DNA of 64,000 nucleotides from Psilocybe cubensis (Eukaryota): NCBI GenBank assembly GCA_017499595.2, contig CM039008.1, positions 186,001 to 250,000 of the forward strand, read 5' to 3'. Shown piece by piece: positions 36,092 to 48,323 of this stretch (position 1 is its first letter; each line of letters starts with the position of its first letter). The notes under the pieces were generated by a model. It saw only the letters and a program-made list of their open reading frames with translations, ran no database searches and was not told where the DNA came from. The position numbers and the translations under genes were made by a program.

Positions 36092-39000
36092 TTTCTTTTC
36101 TGAAAGATGCGAATAGTATGAAGTGGGAAGTGGTATTCTTCAAGCATTTTGTCGACTTTCATTTATAGGGTTTCTGACGCAGAATACAAGATCGAAACTA
36201 AAACCCCTTCCGTCCATGACCGCGTTCATTTGTTGGTACGGGTGCAATTGTATTTGAATTCCACTGAATTGAATGATTGGTTGCATTTTTTACCTTCACG
36301 TTGTATACTCGGCAATGTGGTCAGCTGGGAAAATACACTTATCTTGCTTACGTGACTGTTCAGCGGCGACTTACCTGAAAATTAACATATCTCATTAACC
36401 CATCTCTTTCTGATACCACCAGCGAACCAATGACTCACTGCACCGTGGAGGCCGCTCAACACCTCGCTTCTTTCCTTCTCACTGTCAAGTAGCACGCCCT
36501 TCTCTGTCCAACTTTTCAGTCTTGAACGGGCTTCAAGGCTCAAAAGGCTGTCGCTTGTCGTACAACCTCTTGATATGCCGTGTGTGCCCGTTACGGTACT
36601 ATCTAAACTCAGAACGCTCATATTGGCGCCGTTTTATCTCTGTATTGCAGCTATTAGCAGGACCATCTCGGATAAATGTCAACCGACATGATCACTGGGA
36701 CTCACGGCGATCAAGAATGACCAGCTTGAGAAACAGTCGTGAATATTGAGGATTAGGGGGGTGCTTTTCTCTCAAACGTTCTAGACAATTCGTGGGCCAT
36801 AATTTGGATCTTATGATTCAGATGTATTCATATGAGCCCCATGTTATCTGATAGTCTCTAAACTGGAGGGTTGTAAGTAGGCTGGTCTTGTCTTGGTCGT
36901 AGGACAATTCTATTGACTCGCGCGCTCGCATGCAACTGAATTCGACATCAGCCAATGGCGATAGGAACATTTGTCAGCGGTTCAAAGTTAACCGACAACA
37001 CTACTTATCCGAGTCTGCTGCTTATCGATGTCTTGACAGAACAACTATTATCAACATCGGCTCGCCGACATTCAATGCGCCGTTTCGTCCCCTCCGAATC
37101 GCTAGTTATCTGTCTCTGGCTGTGTATTTTCCTCGGCCGTACTCACAGATTTTCATTCAAATCATGTACCATGATTCGCCAGTAGGCCAACTCTGATCCA
37201 TCCGGACGGCCGTAACTGGACTGTTGAAACAACGTTATAAACCTGTTGAACCCGATCCAGGCCATATAAACACCGTAAAGTGTTGAGGTGTAAAACTTGA
37301 AGCTTGAAGTCTAGAACTCACCTACCTGGTGCAAAGTACATCGCGGCTGCAACATGAGCCCCGGAAACGCCAGGGTATTGTCGACCGGTTAGTTGTGATT
37401 GGCTCGATACATTTCTTTGCAACGAAACTGCGATTCTGCGCCTTGCGGTTGGGTATGAATGCTAAGAACACGCAAAACGGGCCATCTTTGACGTGTACCT
37501 GTGAGCTGGTGGGAAAAGCCTATTTACTGTGATTTATGAGCTCATAAGGACAGAAGCAAAATTCCTTCTGTTCCCAGATACATAGCCAGCCTTCACTTCA
37601 GTTCTCTCTTGATATTTTCTCATTCTTGCTACCGCAAAGTGCATAACGCCAAAGTCGCCATCTTTTCCTCAGTTAGTTGAGAGGAGTGTGCTATCCAGAC
37701 ACTATCTACATCTATATCAGCAAACAGTGGCCTTTCAAAAATGAAATTTTATTGAAAAGGTCAATATGGAGGCCTATCTTTTAGAGTCCAAACGGCACCA
37801 AACGTCCCAATGTTCGCCAGTATTGCATCAGGCTATGAAGACACTTTTCAGGATGCATCAGTCTCCACCCATCTCACTCTCTTCGGCTGTGATAGCCTGC
37901 AAGGGAGTCAACAAATACTTTACAACCCTTACTTGAGCGGAGACAAGAATATGTCTATCGACGGTCAAGCCAATAACTCAACACTTGACGTATTGTCTCC
38001 AGGATATACCGCGAAGTCAGGCGGGCGTCACATTATTGTCCAGTGGAACTGAGAACAGCAGGGGGTCATGCACTGGGGTATACAAGCCAGTCCACAGCGC
38101 GATCGACTATCAAGATATGCGTGCAAAGAATTTCCGTCATGGATCTGAAGAGACAGAAACGACACAAAGTTACACATTCCAGCACCAGGAGCATTCCTGT
38201 TGAGCAGATACCCACCATGGAATCCAAACCTCATGATGCTCGAAGGTATATTTCCGCCTTCCGTCTCTCGATATCACAATGCTGAAACCATTGTAATGCA
38301 AGGGAGCCTATTCGGTTTTCTCAGAACCAAGATATGGAAGAATCCAGAGTCCAGTGCCATGAAAGTGGTCATAGGTATGTGTGTTTGTATGCCTGCAGTT
38401 AAAATAAATGCCTGACATATAGATGGGTTGATGTTAGAAAGACCAGACCAGCGGGAAGAGAAAAACGCACTCGAGCACAAAGTCCTACTGAACAAATACA
38501 AGATCGATTGCCAAAACGCCGCAAGAGTCTCGAAATTTGGCTGGAGAACAACTCACTAAGAGGGTGGGAAAGAATGCGAAGCAAACCTAGTCGTGATGCT
38601 CCCACCAGGAGAAAGCCCATACAAGGTCATAGGAGCGACAATGATGAGAAATTCCGTTTGCCACAGGAGATAAGCTCGAATTCTCCTATCTGAGGTTGTT
38701 AGAGGGATGCAGGAGGCATAGAAGTTGGCAGTTGGTGGGAGCCGTAAGTCGTGTCGGTTAGTACCAGACATTTTTATCTTATCGACGGGATCGACAGTCA
38801 ACCAGTTCATATTCTTTTTATCTTATCTCCTTTTTGTTCTATCATTGACCGCGGCTACCGTGCGAAGTTTAACATTACGAGGAGTGCGCTGGAGTGCGAT
38901 TGAAAAAGAAGAAAAAATAACTTGTTCATCCACCTTCACATCGCAGATTTCAGCCGAAATATCAGCATCCAGAGAGTCATGCGGTACAGCGAAAATAATG

Positions 39001-39460
39001 GGTCCGAGTTAGCGTGCTCACAGAACCTCACAGAACACTGGATCTAGCATGCACATATTCATCAGACAGGCTCAGAGACAGCTCGTGTAGGTTTTTCAAC
39101 GCCACTGATGACATACGCCTATTGCTAGTCTTTTATTGAATAGAACATAGTAGGTATTTAGAACAATACTCGATTCTGGCAGTTCTTGCGTACACCTGAA
39201 GCCACATGTCGCTGCTCACTGATCAATGAGGGGTTCTTCGGAGCTCTGGTGGAACCGAATTATTGTGCTCCCAAAATAACGAATTGTTGTGTATATCGGT
39301 AATGCGATAAAATTTAGCAACCAGCTGACTCCATCTCAAGCCGAGTAAGGGTTGCAGTAATACAAACCACACGCCTGATACAAATTAGGCGGCCACGATT
39401 GTCTATAAAAGATGTTGTTTAGAAAGTAAAGGTCAAACTGCAACAAGCTCCAGTTACAGA

Positions 39461-40049
39461 ATGCCCAAAGTGCGTACACCATAGCCTCCCAAGCATTTGT
39501 TGTCAATTGATATTTTTCTCAATCAAACGGTACATTTTTCTCTATTACATAGCACATCCCAAGCGAGCATTATACTTCCAACCCGTACGAAATCGTCCCA
39601 AACGCGCATGTTCACCCAGATGTCGAACATCACGACCACCCAGAGGATACCGAACGATACCTTCTTCCAGCCGTCTTCTCCAGCGAAAAAGGGTTTACCA
39701 TCCTGGGCAAGTATCCTGGCCCTGGGGTCTACTACATTGTCGAAGGTGGGTGCGCCGTTATTAGCAAATAATCACCCTGACGTGACCTTATTCATTAAAT
39801 AACAGGTGAAGGACAATATGAAGATACTATGAAATCCGGAAGCTCTACGATTGTTAAGGCAGGCTCAGTCATCCATGTTGAAGAAGGATCGATTCTTCGT
39901 TGGCACGGCAAGCCCGGAGTAAAAGGTGAATAATTTACTGAAATTATTTTCACCTTTTTACACAATCCCATGTGCGATTGACAGGTTTTGCTGTATTCCA
40001 TGTTCCTGTAGCCGTGAAGAGCTTGGACGAATTTGTGGTTCCCGAATAA
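39461..40049 (+). CDS. EutQ-like cupin, array copy 9
   Basis: MPK|HIPSEHYTSNPYEIVPNAHVHPDVEHHDHPEDTERYLLPAVFSSEKGFTILGKYPGPGVYYIVEG|EGQYEDTMKSGSSTIVKAGSVIHVEEGSILRWHGKPGVK|GFAVFHVPVAVKSLDEFVVPE*. Confidence 0.87.
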
Positions 40050-40472
40050 AGAATCCTCGACTACGAGTGATTCGTTTTATAATAGTTGGTTAAAAAGTGT
40101 TGTGCAAATAAAGGTTGTTCAGTCCAATCGTCGCAGACCGCATTGCAGCAATACTTTTTCCTATTTGGCGGATTTGAGATCTAAACTCTGGTCAGAACTT
40201 TGTGCAGATACGGGTGCCCACGGGAAGAGAAAAATTGCCCCGGGAAGAATTTGAGGTGGATTCTCCTGTTAGGGGCCACAGACCACCTCGTATCGTGTTT
40301 TTCCATTCTTGTCTATTATTTTACACCACTCGTTTACTCGACTACGACGGAGGGGACTCTTTGTGTATCTGCCCCCCTTAACCCGAAACATCACAGAGCA
40401 AGTCGTCATTGTGGTCGGACCGACCTACTAGGTCCCGGGATCAGGAAAAGACCGCAACCCGCGGCGCGCTGG

Positions 40473-41674
40473 AGGACCCCTGACAATAGGCCCAGAGGAC
40501 GTTCCGTCGGACGGACAAAAATTTTGAAAATCGACCCCTTCGGACGTTCCGAAACCGGACAGAAATCCCAGATTTTGAGCAAAATGTCGTTCCAAAAATC
40601 CGGACAGAAAAGTTGCAGGACCGCCGAGGTCGATCCAAAAACCGGACATATATCGTGATCAACGACCCTCAAAATATAAGTCATCGGTTAGTATAGAGGC
40701 TGAGCGTGTAGTCGCTCCCGCCCTTCGTATTGTGATACTACGTCGTTGTTTCTAATCTCAATATCGCCTTTTTAGTATTTTGCCCTTAGTAAACCCATAG
40801 TTCAAGAGAATAAAAAAGGCAATGAAAATGTTTGCAAAGCGAAATTTAGATATTATTACATAGATTTTCTGCATCACACATTCAATTGTAGTTCCTTTTT
40901 CTTGATGATAGGATTCAGATTGGCAAAGGTAAAGTGGACTATCAGTTGGAGCTGTTTCGATGTAGTGACTAATGATCACGCCGTACTTTAGTCATTGCTT
41001 TGAGTGAGAAACCAAACGGAAAGCACTCACGAAACCAGCCGGTTGCGACTACTACCAATGTCTGTGCCCTTTCAAAAGCATCTTTTCAAGTCTTCGAGCA
41101 CAGTCATGGCCTCTACTTCACTGCAAGACCCACCAAAACTGCCTTGCTCAATGTATCTGAATTTGCACACCTGCCTTCCTGCAAGTTACTCACCCTCCTC
41201 TATCATAAACCCTTGTCTGTCACTGCAGCAGGTTTTGAAGTTCATGCGCAAGATATTTCGCTTTACAAGACATTGGTTGAGGGAGTAGGGAGCATCAAAA
41301 AAGCGATGAAAATGTTTGCAAAGCGAAACCTAGATAGTAGTACATAGCTTTTTTTGCATCGCATACTCGTTTTATGGTTTTGTATTGTACTAGGCAGGTT
41401 TTTTTTTATTACAGTGATTCTTAACATTGTTCTGAAGCGTCCCATTTGCGACTGAACTCAGCTGAATGCGCGCAGCGGCGAAAAAATCGATTTTTAGGCC
41501 TGTCCGGACACAAATTGGGCCTCCCGAGGGTTGTTCCCGATTTCCGGACAAATTTTTGAAAAAATTGGTAGGTCGTTCTATATCCGGACAGAAATTTTGA
41601 AAATCGCGACGGACAAAAAACCCAAAAATCGACCTTTTTCGGGAACGTCCTCTGGGCCTATTGTCAGGGGTCCT
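40473..41674. mobile_element. 1.2-kb non-autonomous TIR DNA transposon with 8-bp TSD
   Basis: 33-bp TIR AGGACCCCTGACAATAGGCCCAGAGGACGTTCC; TSD CGCGCTGG (40465-40472, 41675-41682); subterminal CCGGACA repeats; internal coding remnant ~41000-41347. Confidence 0.88.
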
Positions 41675-42027
41675 CGCGCTGGCCACCCGCTAAATATCTG
41701 AATATCAAATTAAGCCCCGAAACACGTCAGAACACATCCCACAAGCCCCATCAGGCCCCATCATGATCCAGCATGATCCCCTATCTACGCCCCACGTGGC
41801 TCTATCCATTAGCCGTGCACATATAAGAACGCCCAGGAACTGTATCGCAACGGTTTCTTTAGAGCTGGTTCTCCCCCATTGCGCTACTGCCTTGACTGTT
41901 GTACGGTCTGGTATCACATCTGCTTCCCGTCATCTATCTATCGTAACTTCCTTAGTATCCGCTAATCGGTTCATTCTACCCTCCACGACTTACGAGCCGA
42001 AACACGAATATTCTCCAAAAAATTATT

Positions 42028-42710
42028 ATGAAGTTGACAATCGTTTCTTCTATCCTCCTTGCCTACCTCTGCACAGCTATCAGTGTATCCGCGTACCCAG
42101 TACGCAGATCCGAATCCTCAGATGCACTGGTCCACTCTGTATGTCCTCTATCTTTACTTCCTGTTCAGCAGAACAACTGGTACACGAAATTAATATTTAC
42201 TTACACCCACAGGCACGCGATATCGCTTCTCTAGAAACCGTACAACTTGAGGCACGCGCGTTTGACTCAAGAATGGTTGAGCGTGGGCTTTGGGAGGTGT
42301 ATGTGTTAATTTTTTTGAATATTTGCAGTTAGCCTATATACTCACTCTCATTTTCCTGCGGCATTTGTCTACATTACAATATCCAACTTCCATTTTCCAT
42401 CATCAGTGTAAAGGCCATCCGCAAAGGCGATACCCCCGAGCAAAAAGCGCACCGAAAAGAGTACAAGGCCTCCGTCGCTGAATCGAAACGCCTCCAAAAA
42501 GCCGCTGGAAAAGTCATATCGGCACAAGCCAAACAAGAGATGGGCGCTAAGGACTGGAAGAAGGGCAATATCGCCATGACATGGCAGAGTTATAAAGGGT
42601 CTGGTGGAGAGTATGAGAGGAAGGCGAAAAAACATTTAGAGGACCTCGTGAGGAAGGATTGGAAGAGTAAAGGGAACCAACAAAATATGAGGCATGCGGA
42701 TTTGAGGTGC
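42028..42710 (+). CDS. Putative small secreted protein (signal peptide plus Arg-terminated pro-segments); 3' structure uncertain
   Basis: Signal peptide MKLTIVSSILLAYLCTAISVSA-YP, then VRR...|ARDIASLETVQLEARAFDSRMVERGLWE| and a Lys/Arg-rich downstream exon. The splice phase of the last exon is unresolved. Confidence 0.55.
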
Positions 42711-43145
42711 GATGAGTGGTTGTTATCTAACGTATTATTTGCGCTGATACCTGGTGTAATTTCTGATATAGCATCGAAGTCCTCAAATCCGGCAGAATTA
42801 TGGGCCAGGTGCGCTACAACAACGGGCCCAACCAGATCCCACAGTCATCCAACACCTTCCTCTGGGACCCCTAGACGCTCGATGTTAGCTGTATGTAGAT
42901 ATGCAAATGGAAACACGATGATTTCTTGTCGCCACGACCTCGAGATTCGCATAGCCGTCAACTTGCAACATTCAAACAAACCGGAAACTATAGGGGGATA
43001 TGATTTAATCTGCAATAAGCTCGAGCTGGATGGGAGTACTTCATTCGTACTCCCGCCATGTGTATTGGGCCTAGATTATTCAGTAGCAAGATTAATTTGA
43101 CATCTGGTCTACGCGGATACATTGAGCATCTGTCTACTTCCCCAT

Positions 43146-43713
43146 TTACTCGGGGACTACAAATTCGTCAAAGCTCTTGACGGATACAGGAACGTAGAAC
43201 GCAGCAAAGCCTAATTGGGTGGCAAGTAAGACAAAGTTATGCTTCAAAATGTAAATTTTTGACCTTTAGTACCAGGCTTTGTACGCCACCGGATAACAGC
43301 CCCGTCTTCGATGTGAACGACAGAACCAGCAGTGAGCACAGTATCATTCCCATTCTTCGTATCATGACAGTGAGCTTCACCTAACAGATCAGTCAATTAG
43401 CAAATTTACGAAAAGATTATCATCTCAGTGGGCCGCGCACCGGCTGTGATGAAGTAAACCCCAGGGCCGGGATATCGCACGAGAACGGTGAAGCCTTTGT
43501 CGCTTGAGAAGACGGCGGGCAGGATGTAGTGCGAGGTATCCTCTGGATGGACGTGGTGCTCCACATCCGGGTGAATATGCGCGTTCGGGATGACCTCGTA
43601 TGCATTTGCTGTGTACTTATCGCTAGAGATGTGCTTTGAGAGAGAATGTAACATACGAGGTCTAAATGTAAACTGTTCAAGCAAACAAATGAGAGTGGAC
43701 GTACTTTGGCCAT
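43146..43713 (-). CDS. EutQ-like cupin, array copy 10
   Basis: MAK|HISSDKYTANAYEVIPNAHIHPDVEHHVHPEDTSHYILPAVFSSDKGFTVLVRYPGPGVYFITAG|EAHCHDTKNGNDTVLTAGSVVHIEDGAVIRWRTKPGTK|GFAAFYVPVSVKSFDEFVVPE*. Confidence 0.87.
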
Positions 43714-44512
43714 AGTCCAAGGTGTTGCAATGACACAGGGTAGTGGATAAAACGTCCCATAAAGGTTGGTATTTTATATATAAGAAGGAAACAGACTATC
43801 GTATTGTGAACCGTTAAGTCAGATATCTGGCAGATCGCACCACGTCTTCCAATAACATCAACCCTGCTCCTTGAATTCCACAATTCGGAACTCCTGTAAG
43901 TTAAAGAAAGGCACTAGTAAGTTTGATTGATTAGGCACATAAACTGTATGCAATTTCAAGTAGATCCGAGGGGTACAAAATTCTCTGTGAAAGGATTTTC
44001 ATGATCAACAGTGAGCTTAGGCTGTCTTTGTCAATTTGGATTTAGCTAGGTCAAGCTGTGGCGGCGTCGTCGTGTGATTGGTGGTGCAGAGGAGCTTGGG
44101 AAGTGGATTCAATGGCGTTGACAGACAGGTTGTAATTCAGCATATCCCAAGTGTCCTGCAATTGGAAAGTATAGAGCAGGGCATAACAAATCCAGTCTAG
44201 GAGGAAGTTCAAACCTACGTAAACACATCTGAGCGTTGAGAAAAAAATGTCTTCGTCTGGTGAAGTGTATTAGAAGACGACGTTGGTGACAGCCTAGCGT
44301 TCAAGCTTCAAGCTTGGAGATACAAAAAGATTATATTTCAGTCCTCTGTTGGCTCACGCGGTGGACGTTGATAGTATCAGACCTCTGTCCACAGGTTTCT
44401 ATCTCAGCTACGTAGATTTCCAGACTAAAATTTTGATATCTTTTCAAACAAATACATCAAAAGTCGACAATCCATATCCAAAACCTAACGAAAGCTACAT
44501 TTATTTTGCCAT

Positions 44513-45113
44513 TCACTCAGGGACCACGAATTCGTCAAAGCTCTTGACAGACACAGGTACATTGAACACGGCGAACCCTAAATTCAGAGTGAAGAAATGA
44601 TATTCAGATAAAACCGGACTGTCTATTAAAATTGATTATGGTGCAAACCTTTAACACCAGGACCAACCTTCCAGTGGATAACCGCGCCTTCTTCAATGTG
44701 CACAACCGAACCTGCCTTCACTACAGTGACACTCCCGGGATTCGCCGAGTCTTCAAAGTGTAATTCACCTAATGGAAGCCAAACAGAAAAGAAAAGGATA
44801 TTAGTGTACAGAAAACAACATCTGCGTCCACCCACCGTCAGTGATATAGTACACCCCGGGACCGGGGTATTTTCCCTTGACAGAGAGGCCTTTGTCGCTG
44901 GAGAAGACGGCTGGGAGGAGGTAGTGTGCCTCTTCTTCTGCGTGGTCGTGATGCTCGATGTCGGGGTGTATATAACCATTGGGGACGATCTCGTATGGGT
45001 TGGCGGAGTACTGATCCTTCGGGATGTGCTACGAGGGAGGGAGAAATCATGGTTATGCTGACAAATCATAGCATTGAATTTTCTACAGGTCGTGGCGGAC
45101 ATACCTTGGGCAT
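44513..45113 (-). CDS. EutQ-like cupin, array copy 11
   Basis: MPK|HIPKDQYSANPYEIVPNGYIHPDIEHHDHAEEEAHYLLPAVFSSDKGLSVKGKYPGPGVYYITDG|ELHFEDSANPGSVTVVKAGSVVHIEEGAVIHWKVGPGVK|GFAVFNVPVSVKSFDEFVVPE*. Confidence 0.87.
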
Positions 45114-45789
45114 TTTAAGTCTGACTCAGAAGATTACAATATGACAGTACGAGATACAAGACACGATTTGAGCGGTGTCCTTTCAAGCCTTATCGTCTGG
45201 TGTTTTTATACAATGGGAAGAAAGAAAAATATCCCTATAGAAGCCCTATTCGGTTTGTAGAAGGAATCAGCTGGGGGCCGGCGTTTCGACTAGTATCCTA
45301 TTCGTTATTCTTGGAATTACATATCTGCTTGTTTTGTGAACTTTCAGAGATACAGAATTCGCACCAAATGATACGACAAGACTTTCAATTCAGTAGAACC
45401 AAAATGAAATCTATAAATTCTCTAGCAACATGTGGATGTAGGATTCATAGAAGATCAAGTGCATATAGACCATTCTTTCCACTTGCATGCCTTCCAAAGC
45501 TGTTGTATTAGAATGTCAATGTGTTATCAGTGGCGTTGAATAACAACCCGCTTCACAAGTTCATGATGATTCACGTTGACAGACAAATTAAAGTCTAAGT
45601 GACTGTCAGATGACTCGTTCATAACCTCGTGATGTCAATTGAGAAGTATATTTTGTTTGATATATTCTTGGATTGGAATCCCTCCGTTAGACACTGCGTA
45701 TAACATGTACATAATAATACAAACAAGAAATAAATGAACCGATAAGATCCAAACTTCCGGTGTTCATATGTTGAAGATTGCTGTCATGG

Positions 45790-46215
45790 CACTGCTGGCG
45801 CCCATCAATTTTTGGCTCATCAAAATGTGTTGCAAAAATGTCAACAATGAAAAACATGATTTTTACTGGATAAATACAGTATATCTTTGACAAAGTAAAA
45901 GAACGTAAAGACTTGAACTATTTGTCACATTTTTTAGTTACAAAAGGACTCATTTTTATAAGCGAAAAAGGTTTCCTTTCATAAATTTGATGTAAAAAAT
46001 AGGCATTTTCAATGGAAAAAACCATTTTTGTGTAAATATTCAGGCGAGAAGTAACCATTTTTCTAATGATGAAAATGCCGCAAATAGTTCAAAACTTTAC
46101 ATTCTTTTTATCTGTTAAAAGTTTTTTCTATTTACGTAGTAAAAATCGCATTTTTCATTATTGACATTTTTACAACCCATTTTTACGAGTTAAATATCGA
46201 TGGACGCCAGCAGTG
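45790..46215. mobile_element. 426-bp MITE with CACTG ends
   Basis: Ends CACTGCTGGCGCCCATC and GATGGACGCCAGCAGTG, long imperfect AT-rich inverted arms, 3-bp TSD TGG (45787-45789, 46216-46218). Confidence 0.85.
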
Positions 46216-46378
46216 TGGTTTACCTTTGACTATTAGTGACTCCGGTTTTCATCTAATCCTCCGCTTCCTTTAAATCAACCCTGCTTTTATCCTGCTGCCA
46301 CTTATATAGCCAAGAATTATAAATAATATATTTAACGACGGTGAATAGACATGCGTTCAAAGGTAGATGTATAGCTAA

Positions 46379-47347
46379 CTAAGCAGGGACAATCTTAATC
46401 TCTTTGCTGACTGGGTCACGTATGATATTCCAGGTAGTTTCATGAGAAAGCGTCATGAGATCCTTCTCGAACTTGACCTCAGAGTGTAAATCTCCTTTGA
46501 TAATTTCACTCGCTGAACATTACAAATTCAGTCAGGGAGACAGTATAGCTTCAACATATGTTTACCTTGGTAATCACTAACAGCATATATTCTTAGGATG
46601 GGGGTAAGCCTGACCGCCAAAGTGCTTCCGATACTGGAAATGACCAGAATAAGCGATGCTAACGACGAGAGAGGAAGGAAACAGAATCTATACCCCAATC
46701 CAGTCCACTTGAATACAGGGCTAACAGTGGTCTTGTCTTGGTTAAATAAACCCTGAGAGAACCATTTAGAGTGCAGCATCTTGGGGATCAAAACCCTGAC
46801 ATACAAATGCAATTTCCGCTGGTGTAGATGTTTGAATTTTGCATTGAACAACTCCCTTGGATCCGACAGCAGCCTTTGTAAGGTAGTTATTCCCTTTTTC
46901 GTTGGTCATTAATGCACATAGTTGCCCAGTCTGTAAAAGGTGGGCGTCAAATAAAAACAAGATGACCAAACATATAGCACCTACCTCGCAGCTCTCTACA
47001 TTATATGCAGAGACGATGTTGTCGGTATCTTTCTACAGTGCTGCTTTAAAATTGGTTTCAAATATAAAAGATAATGATAACTTACTTGGGGGGAAACAAA
47101 TGCAGTGCTGGCGCTGTAGTGAACCGTTGCGCCACTGAGGCCTGACGAGTGAAATCGCAGAACCTCTGTGTATCGTTTAGTCATGAAGCAGCAACGCACA
47201 ATTAGACAACTCACTCCAGCAAACGGGGTACAGGTCTGAGTACAGCTTTCCTTCTGCTGGTGGGGTGAACACGAGCATCAAGTCAATTTGCTTGCCCAAA
47301 TTGTCTGCCCTGAAGGTGAGCTGTCTTGCGTTTCCAGTGACAGGCAT
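46379..47347 (-). CDS. Unknown-function protein, family B copy 1 (7 exons, ~220 aa)
   Basis: MPVTGNARQLTFRADNLGKQIDLMLVFTPPAEGKLYSDLYPVCW|..VLRFHSSG...PQ|KDTDNIVSA..CE|TGQLCALMTNEKGNNYL...QCKI...AF|GLFNQDK..SPVFKW|..LTPILRIYAVSDYQ|ASEIIKGDL...WNIIRDPVSKEIKIVPA*. Intron positions match the three paralogs. Confidence 0.8.
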
Positions 47348-48323
47348 TGTGATATAAGAACTCTTGACAAAATGAGTCGTTGGATTTTGAGATGGTAATC
47401 TCTGCTGGAGTGGCCTTGTAATTTATATCATTCTCAGGTCCTGCGAATGCAGTTGGTGGTAGGTTGCATATCTGTGTTTCTTCAAGCATCAGTGGTGTAA
47501 CACAAGGTCTCGGAGATACTTGAGTACCGGACCAACAACTTCATCGAAACAATTTGGCCTGCCATGCGCACCCATATTTTGACATCTGTTAAGTCGAAGC
47601 CGATTGATAAACGTCTACACCTTACACATTAGCTGTTCCTCGAGTTCAAGGATCTAAATCGTCGATCAATTTCCCCTTAATGATGCAGGAGTACAAATTT
47701 ACCGGAAGCACGTGGCTACGCAGGGTCGATGTCTCCTGCTTTGTGTGTAAAACGCAAAACCCTTGTTCAAAGAAGACGTGCCCCATCAGCAAAAATGCCA
47801 CTGACTTGAAAATTATGTGCAGGAGTGAACTCGGGACCATGAAATCTCCGATTTTTTAAGACAAATCTCGATCCTGGTATTCCGATGACAGAGAGTGGGA
47901 ACGTCAATAATGACCTGACCTGATCACTTTTCAATATCCCAGATTGGATACCTCCGTATGAATGTGGGCGTTTAGGCTTGAGACGGAGCAGATATTTCCC
48001 TTGCAGTGGGGCAGAATCTACTGTATCAATTTGTTTGAACATCATATTCATTTAATCGTTGATTAAACCACTGAGAAGCTCCTTAATCCCTGCTTCCTGA
48101 CCTTGAGGTAAAGCTTTGTCCTTCAGTATATTTAAACGCATCAATGTTGTTGCACTGATCACTCCAACTTCTCAGGGGTATTTCAATTTAAAAAGGCATA
48201 ATAGACGAATTTATTGGATAAACATATTTGTCTGTGAGTCATAGAGCAGAAAGTACTATTGATATAACGATAGGAAATGATTTAACGACGAGAACTGTGT
48301 CAACGTCCATCAGTAAATTACGA

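Noticed and set aside
40267..42016. Possible solo LTR starting TGTTAGGGG that hosts the TIR element, with TTCTCC on both sides
   Set aside because: No canonical CA end next to the repeat and no second copy in the window.
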